DNA of 64,000 nucleotides from a virus, in the IMG/VR virus record IMGVR_UViG_3300037248_000024, positions 34,051-98,050 of that record. One strand, written 5' to 3'. The notes below the pieces were generated by a model. It was given only the letters and a program-made list of their open reading frames with translations, was not told the DNA's origin and ran no database searches. This document shows, in pieces, positions 50,509 to 60,923 of the stretch. How positions within the stretch are numbered: position 1 is the first letter of the stretch; each line of letters begins with the position of its first letter. The position numbers were made by a program, and so were the translations under genes.

Positions 50509-51621
50509 CTCTCATTCCTTCATCATCATGCGCCGCCGGAGCGGCGCGACTTCGTTACGCCGCGCGCCATGCTGTTTCACGACCCCAGCACGTCATGCAG
50601 CATCGCGACTTCTCGCCGTAATGAATCTGATCCGAGGCGTGATGAAGTTCGCTAACCTCAATCGGGCCATCACATTCGCAGCACCAATATGGCTTACGGG
50701 CGCGACATTGTTTCCAGGTAGTTTGCATCCTCATCTCTCCTTCATCGCGTGGTCAGGCGTCATCCGCGCCCCGTTATCTCGTCAAACCGGCTCGATATGC
50801 AGGCGAGACTGGCCTAGGTCGGGCACACACCACGGCCGAGGGGCCGTGATGGCTTCCGCCGTGTTCATCGCCTCGAGGGCCGCTTTCGGGTTGTCGAACA
50901 CGATCGCTTTTTCCCGCGACGATGACCACACAGGACCCCAGATGATGTCCCACTCGCAGAGGTAATCGCGGGAACCCCATATGTTCCACGCGCGAGTGAC
51001 GCGGTGGGGATCGGTTTTCCGTGTGGGCATTCTTTGATCTCCTTTCATCGCGCCGATCAGGCGTTAATCGTCAGAATACATCGCGAAGGTCAGTCCGGAC
51101 TCGTCACCGCCATTAACGCGGTCGCACACAGCCTGAGCCTCTTCCCGCGTGGGCCATGTCTCGTTGCTTTCGATGACCGACGCGGTGCCCGAACCGGGAT
51201 AAGCGTATAGCTTGTAATTCCAGATTGGCTTCATCGCGCTGTCGTAAGCCGGTGTGGCTTTTACATTGTAGGTCATTCTCATCTCCCTCGATCGTGGCGG
51301 GTTCAGGTCCGCGCCTCGACAATCACCGCGCCGCCCGTCGTCGCCTTGGCCCGATGCTTCGCCGCCTTTGGCGTGTAGGCCACGATCAGCAACGCCTTAC
51401 CGCGCCCGTCCCGGATCAGCCGACCCGTCGCGGGATCGCGGAACTGGAAGGTTTCGAGGGAGCCGTTCTTTGGTTTGCGTGGCATTGGTTGTCCTCCATC
51501 GGCCCTCTGGCCGTGGGGAGGTTGTGACATAGTTTGTGCTATTGGTGTTATCGTCGTTTGTGCATGTCTGATATGCTAATAGCCCATATCACGCCAATGG
51601 CGTATGGTGTATTATGTGCCA

Positions 51622-51798
51622 ATGGAGCAACCAAAACTCAGCGAGCGCCGCGTCGCGCTCACCATGCCATCCGAGGAGCTAGAGGCTCTGGATGCCTATT
51701 GCGCGGATATGCGGCGCCATACGGGCGATCCCTATCCAAGAGTTGAGATTGTCCGGCAGGCAATCCGGGAGTTTATTTCCGCGAGGACGCCGACGTGA
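51622..51798 (+). CDS. ribbon-helix-helix protein
   Basis: RRVALTMPSEELEALDAY...RVEIVRQAIREF; TATTAT lies 6 nt upstream of the ATG. Confidence 0.8.
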   Translation: MEQPKLSERRVALTMPSEELEALDAYCADMRRHTGDPYPRVEIVRQAIREFISARTPT

Positions 51799-52259
51799 TC
51801 TACTTCATGCAAGCAGACGAATCCGGCCCGGTAAAAATCGGTTGGAGCAAAAATCCCGTCGCCCGGTCTCATCAGGTTCGCCCTACGCCGGAAACGGTTC
51901 TGACCATCATCCGCCTGATAGACGGTCCAGACTGGGGAGAACGCTGGCTTCATCAATATTTCGCTGAGAGGCGACTTTCGGGCGAATGGTTTACCTTCGA
52001 TCCCGAAATGTTGGAGGTTGAACTACCAGCGGTAAAACCATGGCCGGACGCGCCGGAAGACACTGTAAACGTGCGGTTTGACCGCGAACTCTGGGAAGTC
52101 ATCTGGGCGCGGTCTCGCCACACAAAGCGGAGCGCGAGCGCGGAATTATCTTTCGTGGTACGGGAGGCGCTCCTTGGTCGATTGCCGCCGGAGGTGCCTG
52201 GGGCATCCTTGATGGCCGCTATTGAGCGTGGGTTTGCCAGACCCGATCCATCGCCGTGA
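51795..52259 (+). CDS. T5orf172/GIY-YIG-like protein with C-terminal Arc-like RHH
   Basis: IYFMQ...VKIGWS...E..LH..F...R..GEWF; TVNVRFDRELW...RSASAEL. Confidence 0.85.
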   Translation: MIYFMQADESGPVKIGWSKNPVARSHQVRPTPETVLTIIRLIDGPDWGERWLHQYFAERRLSGEWFTFDPEMLEVELPAVKPWPDAPEDTVNVRFDRELWEVIWARSRHTKRSASAELSFVVREALLGRLPPEVPGASLMAAIERGFARPDPSP

Positions 52260-52471
52260 TCTACTTCATAGGCATTGTCAACCGCGCCATCCAACGCGCA
52301 CGCTACGCGGCGCGGAGGGAACACACCGAATCCGCCTGATCCGGGAATGGTTCGCCGCTCGCTGGCGCGACAGGTGGCGCGGGTTGGTGGTGGGGTTGAG
52401 GGGCGTTGGTTAGCTGTGTCGTTTGGTGTGTGCGGGGCGCCGGTTGATCCGCCGAGGCGGAGGGATGGGGG

Positions 52472-52501
52472 TTGAAATCAGCTTTGGCATTCGGGTAGGC
52501 T
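52472..52501 (+). promoter_or_regulatory. sigma70-like promoter (leaderless)
   Basis: TTGAAA-18-TAGGCT-6-ATG(52508). Confidence 0.6.
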
Positions 52502-52507
52502 GATGGC

Positions 52508-53020
52508 ATGGCGCGGAAACCAACACCTCAAGTGGTTGAGATTTACGGACTGCTTGATCCGCGAGACGGTAAGCTGCGATATATCGGGAAAGCGAATGAC
52601 GCAGGGAAACGGTTGAAGACTCACGTTTCGGATAGTCGGCGCCGCAATACGGCCGTCTGCAAGTGGATCGCTAAATTGGTCGCGGATAACCTAATTCCCA
52701 AGGTTCTTGTCCTGGAGGCGTGTGATGCCTCTTTGTGGGAATGTCGTGAGCGCGCCTGGATCAGCGAAGCTTACCGAATGGGCGGCGTTCTGCTTAACGT
52801 GGCTCCCGGCGGGGCTGAACCAGTGGAGTTCCCGTACTGGGAGTTTCCATGCGGGCGTCTGATCGACAAAAAGTCTCCCGCTGGGGCGCGAATCAAACGA
52901 GACAAGATTACCGCCAACCGGCGTCTCCGTGACGGGTTGATGTCGCCTATTGACAGATGGATGCTCCGAGAATGCGCCAGAATGGTTCCTGGCATGTTCG
53001 GTGAATGGGCAAATATCTGA
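52508..53020 (+). CDS. GIY-YIG endonuclease
   Basis: IYGLLDPRD...RYIGK...RLKTH...ERAWI...LLNVAPGG. Confidence 0.88.
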   Translation: MARKPTPQVVEIYGLLDPRDGKLRYIGKANDAGKRLKTHVSDSRRRNTAVCKWIAKLVADNLIPKVLVLEACDASLWECRERAWISEAYRMGGVLLNVAPGGAEPVEFPYWEFPCGRLIDKKSPAGARIKRDKITANRRLRDGLMSPIDRWMLRECARMVPGMFGEWANI

Positions 53021-53490
53021 TGGCCGCACCTCCTGCTGCCCAACGAAAGCTGGATCGACTTGGGGCCGATGCGGTGTGTGAGATGATCCTGAACGGCAAG
53101 GCGTATAAGGATATTGCTGAAGCGGCCGGGGTGGCCGTTGGGTCAGTGTTGGCATGGCTGGATGCGGTTCCTGAGCGTTCCGCCCGCGCGCGCGAAGCCC
53201 GTAGAATCATGGCGGCTTACTGGGACCAGTTGGCCGAACAGGAACTCAGGGACGCACCAGCGACGGCTGAGGGCATCGCGAAAGCGCGGGAACTGGCGCA
53301 GCATTTCCGGTGGCGTTCCGCAAAGGTCGATCCGCAGGGGTATGGTGAAAAGGTTGATCTGAATCATCGAGGGGGCATCATGTTTGCAAAAATCCCCTAC
53401 GACCCATCCGCCCTCACGGAAGAGCAGCGCGAAGTGATGCGCGATGTCTTGCTGACGGCGCCGAAGACGATTGAGGGAAAGGCTGAATAA
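53020..53490 (+). CDS. terS: terminase small subunit (Sf6 gp1-like)
   Basis: N-terminal HTH; AREARR; RWRSAKVDPQGYGEK. Confidence 0.85.
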   Translation: MAAPPAAQRKLDRLGADAVCEMILNGKAYKDIAEAAGVAVGSVLAWLDAVPERSARAREARRIMAAYWDQLAEQELRDAPATAEGIAKARELAQHFRWRSAKVDPQGYGEKVDLNHRGGIMFAKIPYDPSALTEEQREVMRDVLLTAPKTIEGKAE

Positions 53491-53826
53491 ATGCACGTGT
53501 TGCGGCTGTTCTTAAAATCCGGCGTTCAGGTCGAGTTATTGTATCGCGGTAAGGATGATGTCCGATCGGCGGTCCATATATTAGAGAGTGATCCGACGCG
53601 CGTGAAACTGAATGACGACTTCGGAAAGTCCCTCGATGTGCTGGTGGCCTCGATCGACGGCTGGCAGCCCTCCGACTATGCCGCCGAACTTGAGGGTGCC
53701 TTAATGGTGGCGCGCGCCAAGCAAGAAGCATCGGACAAGTTCCAACGTGAGATGCAGAAGCGCGGATCGTTGCTTGTGCCTGGGCCGGTGATGCAGCCGC
53801 CCAACGGCGGAATCAGGATCGGCTAA
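53491..53826 (+). CDS. hypothetical protein
   Basis: ORF abutting terS. Confidence 0.65.
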   Translation: MHVLRLFLKSGVQVELLYRGKDDVRSAVHILESDPTRVKLNDDFGKSLDVLVASIDGWQPSDYAAELEGALMVARAKQEASDKFQREMQKRGSLLVPGPVMQPPNGGIRIG

Positions 53827-54040
53827 CATTCTCTCTTCTCTTGTCAAAATCACGGTGAATCCGCGCGTCTAACGCGGTTTGTGGGCTTGTTAGATGGCGG
53901 CGCGCGTCCCTGAGCAGGGTCAGGTCCGCGAGAATCGCTGGATGTTAGCGGTATCTTGTTAGTGTAGGTGAGTGTTACGCGCGCCCGCGCGCCGATTGGC
54001 GCCTTGCTCCCCTGAGATCATTATTATATAAGGCATCGCC

Positions 54041-54256
54041 ATGACGCCAGCGATCCACCTCCGGCTTGATCCTGATCTTCGTGCCGCCGTCGAAGCCGTC
54101 GCCGTGATGGAAGACAGGCCGTTGGTGAATGTGGTGCGGTTGCTGGTCCGGCAGGCGGTCGAGGCGAGACGGGTTGGTGACGGTGTGGCCGCACGCGATC
54201 TGGCGGCGCGATATACGGAAATGCTGGCCATGGAGGATAAGCGGGATGGACGATGA
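54041..54256 (+). CDS. ribbon-helix-helix protein
   Basis: AIHLRLDPDLRAAVE...RPLVNVVRLLV; promoter TTGCTC-17-TATAAG at 54004-54032. Confidence 0.8.
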   Translation: MTPAIHLRLDPDLRAAVEAVAVMEDRPLVNVVRLLVRQAVEARRVGDGVAARDLAARYTEMLAMEDKRDGR

Positions 54257-55397
54257 TCCCTTGAACAACGATGTCTCTACCGAAACCGCGCGGCAGGCGT
54301 TCTGGGATCGTGTGAGGCGCGATGTTGAAGACAAGCGTGGTGCGGTTGGTGATCAGGTAGACGATGGCGTCGCCCTGAACGAGGCGTCGCTCATGGCTGC
54401 GATCCAGGCAATCAGGAACCATCCTGTTTCGGGTGGTGTGCTGCATCCCAACGGCATCGCCCTGACAAGCGCGGCGCATCCCGCCCGGAAAGTCACGCTC
54501 CACGAGCGAGCACAAGCGGAGGCGGCGAAGCGCGGCCTGATCGCTGGTTTGTGGCCGCCACCTGAGTATTTAGCAAAGCCGTACCATTTCCTGGTGGCCG
54601 ATGGTTGCGAACCTGATGTGGTAGAGTGGTGCGGTTCTGCATGGTTACTGACCGGGCACGATGAGTCTGTTGCCCCAGAGACGATGAGCGGCGACGGCTA
54701 CCGCTACCTCGGCCCGGCGGAGTGGAAAGAACCGCGCGCCTCAACTGCCGCGGGTGAGTGGCGCGAGCGTATTGTTGCCGACCTCCGGCGGTCAAATGAC
54801 CCACTTGTCATCGCCGCGGCTGATCGGATTGAGGAGTTGGAGGCCGAAGTCCTCACCGTCCCGCTCACTGGCGTCGCCGCCGAAACCATCCGTAAACTGC
54901 GTCACCTCCTTGCCCAGTCGGATGACGAACTGCAGGGGCTGGCGGCGCAAAACGCGCGGGCACAGCAGCGAACCAAACTCCTTGATGACTGCCGCCAACT
55001 TTGCTGGCCGTGGCCCCTCCCGCCCGATATGAAAGAACGCGGCATTATCTTGCCCGCGACAGACTACGCGCACGCACTCCGGCAGGTGACGGAACTGGCG
55101 GAGGAGGTCACGAAACTGACCAACGCCAATCACACGCTGATGGCCGTGATATCAGCGAAGACGACCGCCGAACCCGGCAATCACGACTACATCGGCCCGC
55201 TCGACGCCGACCGTAAGCCGGTAGCCGATCCTGTCCATGAACGGTTCCACGGTTCAGTTGGCGATGTCATCGCGGGTCGCGTGCTGCCAGAAGCGCGCCG
55301 CCAGATGCAGGAAGCGTTGAAGGTCGCGCCGAAAGAGAAACCATCATTTCCGGTGGATGCGAAGCCAGGCGATCCGAGACGGATGGGGTTGGGGTGA
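54246..55397 (+). CDS. hypothetical coiled-coil mosaic protein
   Basis: Long ORF; AAADRIEELEAE motif. Confidence 0.65.
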   Translation: MDDDPLNNDVSTETARQAFWDRVRRDVEDKRGAVGDQVDDGVALNEASLMAAIQAIRNHPVSGGVLHPNGIALTSAAHPARKVTLHERAQAEAAKRGLIAGLWPPPEYLAKPYHFLVADGCEPDVVEWCGSAWLLTGHDESVAPETMSGDGYRYLGPAEWKEPRASTAAGEWRERIVADLRRSNDPLVIAAADRIEELEAEVLTVPLTGVAAETIRKLRHLLAQSDDELQGLAAQNARAQQRTKLLDDCRQLCWPWPLPPDMKERGIILPATDYAHALRQVTELAEEVTKLTNANHTLMAVISAKTTAEPGNHDYIGPLDADRKPVADPVHERFHGSVGDVIAGRVLPEARRQMQEALKVAPKEKPSFPVDAKPGDPRRMGLG

Positions 55398-56167
55398 GCG
55401 ATCTCCTGGTGGAGTGTCACGAAGTCAGCCACGAATATCTGACTGACATCCTCGCGGTTCGCCTTTCCCGCGAAACCACCGTCTCTGCCAGGGCGTGGCT
55501 TCTGATGTCCGCCGCGTTTCAGATCACGCGCCCGGTCGCCGCTGTTCCGTTGCCCATTGTCAGGATTTCAACATGAGCGAAACCCAACTCACCGCCCCAC
55601 CCCCTCCCGCCGAACCCTACACTGGCCGCCCCATTGGCGCCGACACCTGCAACGCGCTGATCACCGAGGCGCCACTGACGGTGGCGGAATTACACAAGCT
55701 GCGGGAGCATTTCGCCGCGCTGGCCGAGATGTGTGTCATTTCCGGCCCTCGGTTTGGCGCCTCGCGGCAGGCCGCTGTCGATTTTCATAACCGGTGTGTG
55801 CGCCGGTTGCGCGGGATCAGGGATGAGGTGAAGCGGCGGGCGATGGAAGAAGAAGATGGGTTGATGGAGATAAAGTGATGTCCTGGTCTGATGGAGTGCG
55901 ACAACGTGATGCCGATATGGGTTATGACCCGTGGGTTGCCGCCAGCAATACGGAAACCGCCGTCATTTGCCAGCCGCACCAGGACAGCGCCGTCAGAGAG
56001 TGCTGGCCGGGTTGCCGTATTTTTCATCCAGGGCAGGCGAAGGTAGGCCATCGGTTCGAGCGGCTGATCGTGTTGTGGGCGCCGCGCGTTCCACATGAAG
56101 GCGAGTGGCTTGAAGACTTCCGGACAGGGTTGAAGCCGGGCGGCAAAGTAATTTACCTCGTCTGACC

Positions 56168-57820
56168 ATGCCTGACTGGACCCCCGAACAACTCGAAGCC
56201 GCCCGGATATTCGAGGCTGAGGCGTCGCTGCATTTTTTTGTCAGGTTGATGTGGAGCGCCGTCGAACCAAAACGAAAATTCGTGGACGGTTGGCTGCTCC
56301 GGGCGATGTGCGAGCATCTGGAAGCGACGGCGGATGGGAGGATCAAGAGACTCATTATCAACGTGCCCCCAGGCAGCATGAAGAGTCTCCTAACGAATGT
56401 TTTTTTTCCTGCCTGGCTGTGGGGGCCAAAGAACCGCCCGGAAAGCCGTTTCTTTACAGCGTCTTACTCCGCGTCGCTGACCGAGCGCGACAACGAGCGG
56501 ATGCGAATGCTGGTGGCCTCGCCGCAGTATCAAAGCCGCTGGGGACATCGGTTCATCGCCGGTGACAGCAAGATCAAATTCACTAACAATAAGACGGGAT
56601 GGAAGCTGGCGTCATCGGTGGAAGGGGTGGGCACTGGCGAGCGCGGCGATTTCGTTTTGATCGACGATCCCAATGACATCCAGAAGACGGAAAGCCCGGT
56701 GACGCGGGAACGGGTGCGGCGCTGGCTCAATGAGGTTTTGCCGACACGACTGAACGACCCCGAGAAATCTGCCATCATTCTGATTCAGCAGCGCACCCAC
56801 CGCGAAGATGCCACTGGCACGATGCTGGAACAGGCCCGAGGGGGCGACGACTGGGTCTATTTCATGGTGCCGATGGAGTACGACCCGGAGTGGTGTTGCG
56901 GTGAGACGGCGATCGGGTGGGTTGACCCCCGCATTGAGCGCGCGCGGGAAGATGCCTATGAGGCGATGGTCCTGGCCCGGCGCCAGGGATTGCGCGAGGC
57001 TGATGTCGCGGAGATCGCCGGACGGGCGGGGCGGGGGCAACTCTGCTGGCCCGCGCGATTCCCGCGCGATGTCGTGGATAGTTTGAAGTTGCGCCTGGGA
57101 AGTTATGCGTGGGCCGGACAGATGATGCAGAATCCGGTCCCACGCGGCGGTGCGATCTTCAAAGAAGATTGGTGGAAACTCTACGGGCGATTAGACGAGG
57201 ACCCGGTCGCGGCGAAGCTGCGGTTTCCCGCGTTTCACCACGTCGCCGCGTTCATGGACTGCGCTCTGACCGATAAGACGGAGAACGATCCATCCGCTCT
57301 GGTGGTTCTGGGAACCTGGACTGTTCCGCAAACAGGTCAGCAGGCCGTCATGCTGATCAATGCCTGGTCTGACAGGCTGCGGATCAACCCCTTGGTGCGG
57401 TTGGTGGCGGATAAGTGCGACAAGTACCGCGTGGACACGCTGGTCATCGAAAACAAGGCCAATGGGCACTCGGTCGAGCAGGAGATACGCCGCCTCTACG
57501 CCAACTCGGAATGGTCGGTGCAGTTCAGCGATCCAACGGGACTGGGTGAGAAGGTTGCTCGCGCGCATTCCGTGACCCATCTGTTCGAGGAAGGGCTGAT
57601 CTGGCATCCCAACACGGATTGGGCGCAGATGGTCATCGAACAGATGTGCTCGTTTCCCAAGGCCGCGCATGACGATCTGGTGGACTGTATGACGGCCGGC
57701 CTGCGATATTTCCGCGAACGGGGAATGCTGCTAAGGAGACCTGAGGCGCGCGCCGCCGAACAATCCCTGGCATCCCTCGCCCGCGGCCAGGTCATCGCGA
57801 GGCCGTTGTATGATTCGTGA
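56168..57820 (+). CDS. terL: terminase large subunit
   Basis: INVPPGSMKS, LIDDP, IQQR, MQNPVP, DCA, IENKANG, FPKAAHDDLVD. Confidence 0.96.
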   Translation: MPDWTPEQLEAARIFEAEASLHFFVRLMWSAVEPKRKFVDGWLLRAMCEHLEATADGRIKRLIINVPPGSMKSLLTNVFFPAWLWGPKNRPESRFFTASYSASLTERDNERMRMLVASPQYQSRWGHRFIAGDSKIKFTNNKTGWKLASSVEGVGTGERGDFVLIDDPNDIQKTESPVTRERVRRWLNEVLPTRLNDPEKSAIILIQQRTHREDATGTMLEQARGGDDWVYFMVPMEYDPEWCCGETAIGWVDPRIERAREDAYEAMVLARRQGLREADVAEIAGRAGRGQLCWPARFPRDVVDSLKLRLGSYAWAGQMMQNPVPRGGAIFKEDWWKLYGRLDEDPVAAKLRFPAFHHVAAFMDCALTDKTENDPSALVVLGTWTVPQTGQQAVMLINAWSDRLRINPLVRLVADKCDKYRVDTLVIENKANGHSVEQEIRRLYANSEWSVQFSDPTGLGEKVARAHSVTHLFEEGLIWHPNTDWAQMVIEQMCSFPKAAHDDLVDCMTAGLRYFRERGMLLRRPEARAAEQSLASLARGQVIARPLYDS

Positions 57821-57949
57821 CCTGTTTTCCCAGAGATACCGTCCCGGCATGTACGGTGTGGAAGCGACGATGGGGTGTATCGGCGTGCGCTGGTGGGTGC
57901 CATTTTCCGTGCGCCGCGCCGCGCGCCGCCGGGAGGAGATGGGTGTCTC

Positions 57950-58420
57950 ATGACAGACTTCGCGGACATGACCGAGACCGAACTTGACGAAAATATAGCC
58001 TCTCTGAAAATACAGATAAGCGCTTACAAGATACAGTTTTCGGACGGCATTCTTCCCGGCGATGACGATAAGAACTGGTATCGCCGGGCTTGCACCGCGC
58101 TCGCTCATGCGGTGAATATCCGGTACGGCGGCAGGGATGGGTCGCGCCGTCAAATCGAAATCGGAAGGATGGACAGAGCCCTACGAGATATACGGCAGAA
58201 ATTCGAAGCGGCGACAAATCGGCTTGGTCAGGTTCGGCAGGCAGCGGGAAATGCCGAGAAGAACGCGGCCTTCGTCGCCGCCGCGCGTCGTGAACTACCT
58301 CACCCGCGTTGCCACGCCATCATGGACGCCGCAATGAAGATACTGATGGAAAAGGATAAGGCGGTGACGCTGAGCCAGGAGACCGTCGAGACCTTGGCGC
58401 TATTGGCCGAAGACTGTTGA
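57950..58420 (+). CDS. hypothetical protein
   Basis: GGAGGAG upstream; helical ORF. Confidence 0.55.
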   Translation: MTDFADMTETELDENIASLKIQISAYKIQFSDGILPGDDDKNWYRRACTALAHAVNIRYGGRDGSRRQIEIGRMDRALRDIRQKFEAATNRLGQVRQAAGNAEKNAAFVAAARRELPHPRCHAIMDAAMKILMEKDKAVTLSQETVETLALLAEDC

Positions 58421-58625
58421 CTTTCCGCTATAACCCTCCGTAAATCCTGCTAAGGTTGCCATTCGCGCCGTCTGGCAGTCCCCACCCAGCATCCGACCAG
58501 ACGCACGCCGCGCGAGGGGAGAGGCCAGAACCGGATACGCGGTTGAGCGATCGGACGTTCAAAATCGGCGCGGCATTTCTGTTGGTCCTGGCGGTTCTGA
58601 TCTGCCTGTCCGGTTATGTCGCGCG

Positions 58626-60923
58626 ATGAGCGCCGCCGTCAACATCATAAGAACAGACGACGGCCACACCGGACAACTCGACGAAAAAGGCCGTCTCGTT
58701 ATAGATTTGCCAGATGGCGGCAAGATGTACCGCATCAACTGGCGGGAGAAGACCACCGACACGAAGCACGGCGCCAACCTCGCCGTCGGGATGAACCCCA
58801 CGCTTCTTTATGGACTGGCCGATGATCTGATCCGAGAAATTCAGGCCGATGATATCAGCCGCCGCGAATATCTGGAAAGCCTCGCCAAGGCGATCGAGAT
58901 GCTGGGCATTCGGATCGAGGATCAACGGGCATCCGACAACGATAGCAGCGCGCCTCTTGAAGGGATGGCCACCTTCCGGCATCCTCTGCTGTTTCAGTCA
59001 GCGATCCGGTTTCAGGCCGACTTCGTGGCGGAACTGTTGCCCACGGACGGTCCTGTTAAGGTCCGGGACGACAGCGCGGAACCACCCACCGGCACGCCGG
59101 GACTGGACAACCTACCGCCCGATCTGCCGGGAATGGATACCAACGATCTGGCGTCGGCGCTGGAGAAAGACCTCAACCACTACCTGACCCGGACGGCCAG
59201 CGAATACTATCCCGACACCACCCGCATGGCATTCTGGGTGGGCCTGATGGGCGGCGGTTTCAAGAAGGTCTACAACTGCCCGATTCGCCGCCGTCCCGTC
59301 TCCGAATCGATCGATGTCAACGACCTCATCGTGGACCACAGCGCGACCGATCTCCGTAACGCCGCGCGCGTCACCCATCGGATCAAAATCCGGCATTCGA
59401 TGTTCCGCCGCATGGTCAAGGCCGGGGTCTACCGGGATGTTCCCCTGGGGCAGCCCATGCAGAAGCAGGACCCCGTCGAACAGGCGCAGTCCAGGGCCAC
59501 GGGGATCGCGTTCACCAATACGCTGCCATCGGATCACATGCACACCTTCTATGAGTGCGCGACCGACCGCGCCATCGAAGGGGACGATTACCTTCCCTAC
59601 AAGATCACGGTGGACCTGGACTCCCGTGAGGTCGTCGCGATCTACCGGAACTGGGATAAGGACGACGATCTCAAGGCCGCCCGCCAGGAAATCGTTAAGT
59701 ACTCCTACATTGACGCGTTGGGCTTCTATCCGCTTGGCCTGGTGCATGTCCTCGGCAATACCGTTCGGGCGCTCACCGCCGCGTTCCGCGAGTTTCTCGA
59801 CGCCGGGATGTTCGGCAACTTCCCCGGTTTCCTGTATGCCGACGAAGCCGGGAAGCAGAACACCAACCTGTTCCGGGTTGCGCCGGGTTCGGGGATGCCT
59901 ATCAAGACCGGCGGCAAGCCCATTGGCGAGGTGACTGCGCCGCTGCCATATAAATCTCCAGACGCCTCTTTCATGGCGTTCATCCAGCACCTGGAGGAAA
60001 GCGGTAAGGCGCTGGGCGGAGAGGCATCGGTGCCATTGAATGAAGGCACCGCCAACATGCCGGTTGGCACCATGCTGGCGCAGATCGAGCAGACCTTGAA
60101 ACCGGTCAAGGGCGTCTTCAAAGGGCTGCACCGCTCCCAGGCCGAAGAGTTTCAGCTTCTCAAACAACGGTTCCGCGAAGACCCCGGCGCGCTGTGGCGG
60201 TTCAACAAGAAACCGGCCCGGAAGTGGGAAGAAGATGAGTTCCTCGCCGCGTTGGAAGATTGCGATCTGGTCCCGATGGCGGACCCCAACACGATGTCGC
60301 AGGTCCAGCGCATCGCCATCGCGTGGGCCATGGTCGAACTCGCCGAGAAGGCGCCGTATCTGTTCCATGAACGCGACACCGCGCTGCGGTTCATGCGGAT
60401 GATCGGGATACCGGACCCCGAGGACATCCTGGCGAGCGCCGCTGAAATTCAGCAGGCCAAACAGGCGATGGCACCACAGCCCCTGGGTAAACCGCCGAAT
60501 CCAGCGCTGGATGCCGCGAAGGCGGATCAGGCCGAAGCGGATGCCTCCTACAAGAGAGCGCAGGCCGAGGCCACGTTGGCCGGGATCGCGGCGCAGGGGG
60601 CGGAAAGTTCCGCGTCTCAGGCGCAGGCCGAGGGAGAGCGCGAGTTCAAGGCGACCGAGATATTGACCGATGCGCAGGAACGAGACGCCGATCGTCAGGC
60701 CGATCTACAGAAGGCGGCTCTGGATCACCATGCCGTGGCGTTGAAGACCGGGGCCGAACTGGTCAAGGCGGCGGCGAAGGGGCAGGCGGATGAAACCGCC
60801 GGACACCTGGACCGGGCGCATGAAGTCGGACTTGGTGCCGCCGAATCCGCGCATGAGCATTCTTTGGCGCATCAACAGGCGGTGGCGGGGTTTGGGGCGA
60901 TGCAACCGGAGGGAGACGAATGA
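58626..60923 (+). CDS. portal protein
   Basis: 765 aa after terL; HPLL...FQA...ELLP..GPVK, GFYPLGL.H, PLPYK.P, PVGT.LA..EQ. Confidence 0.9.
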   Translation: MSAAVNIIRTDDGHTGQLDEKGRLVIDLPDGGKMYRINWREKTTDTKHGANLAVGMNPTLLYGLADDLIREIQADDISRREYLESLAKAIEMLGIRIEDQRASDNDSSAPLEGMATFRHPLLFQSAIRFQADFVAELLPTDGPVKVRDDSAEPPTGTPGLDNLPPDLPGMDTNDLASALEKDLNHYLTRTASEYYPDTTRMAFWVGLMGGGFKKVYNCPIRRRPVSESIDVNDLIVDHSATDLRNAARVTHRIKIRHSMFRRMVKAGVYRDVPLGQPMQKQDPVEQAQSRATGIAFTNTLPSDHMHTFYECATDRAIEGDDYLPYKITVDLDSREVVAIYRNWDKDDDLKAARQEIVKYSYIDALGFYPLGLVHVLGNTVRALTAAFREFLDAGMFGNFPGFLYADEAGKQNTNLFRVAPGSGMPIKTGGKPIGEVTAPLPYKSPDASFMAFIQHLEESGKALGGEASVPLNEGTANMPVGTMLAQIEQTLKPVKGVFKGLHRSQAEEFQLLKQRFREDPGALWRFNKKPARKWEEDEFLAALEDCDLVPMADPNTMSQVQRIAIAWAMVELAEKAPYLFHERDTALRFMRMIGIPDPEDILASAAEIQQAKQAMAPQPLGKPPNPALDAAKADQAEADASYKRAQAEATLAGIAAQGAESSASQAQAEGEREFKATEILTDAQERDADRQADLQKAALDHHAVALKTGAELVKAAAKGQADETAGHLDRAHEVGLGAAESAHEHSLAHQQAVAGFGAMQPEGDE

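Noticed and set aside
57621-57629. Self-target of the TnpB guide in terL (TCTGCGCCC on the minus strand)
   Set aside because: Only 9 nt match, which is expected by chance in 64 kb of GC-rich DNA.
59112-60368. Long antisense ORFs (e.g. 418 aa opposite the portal, 303 aa at 11305-12216)
   Set aside because: Shadow ORFs of GC-rich coding sequence with no motifs or RBS.
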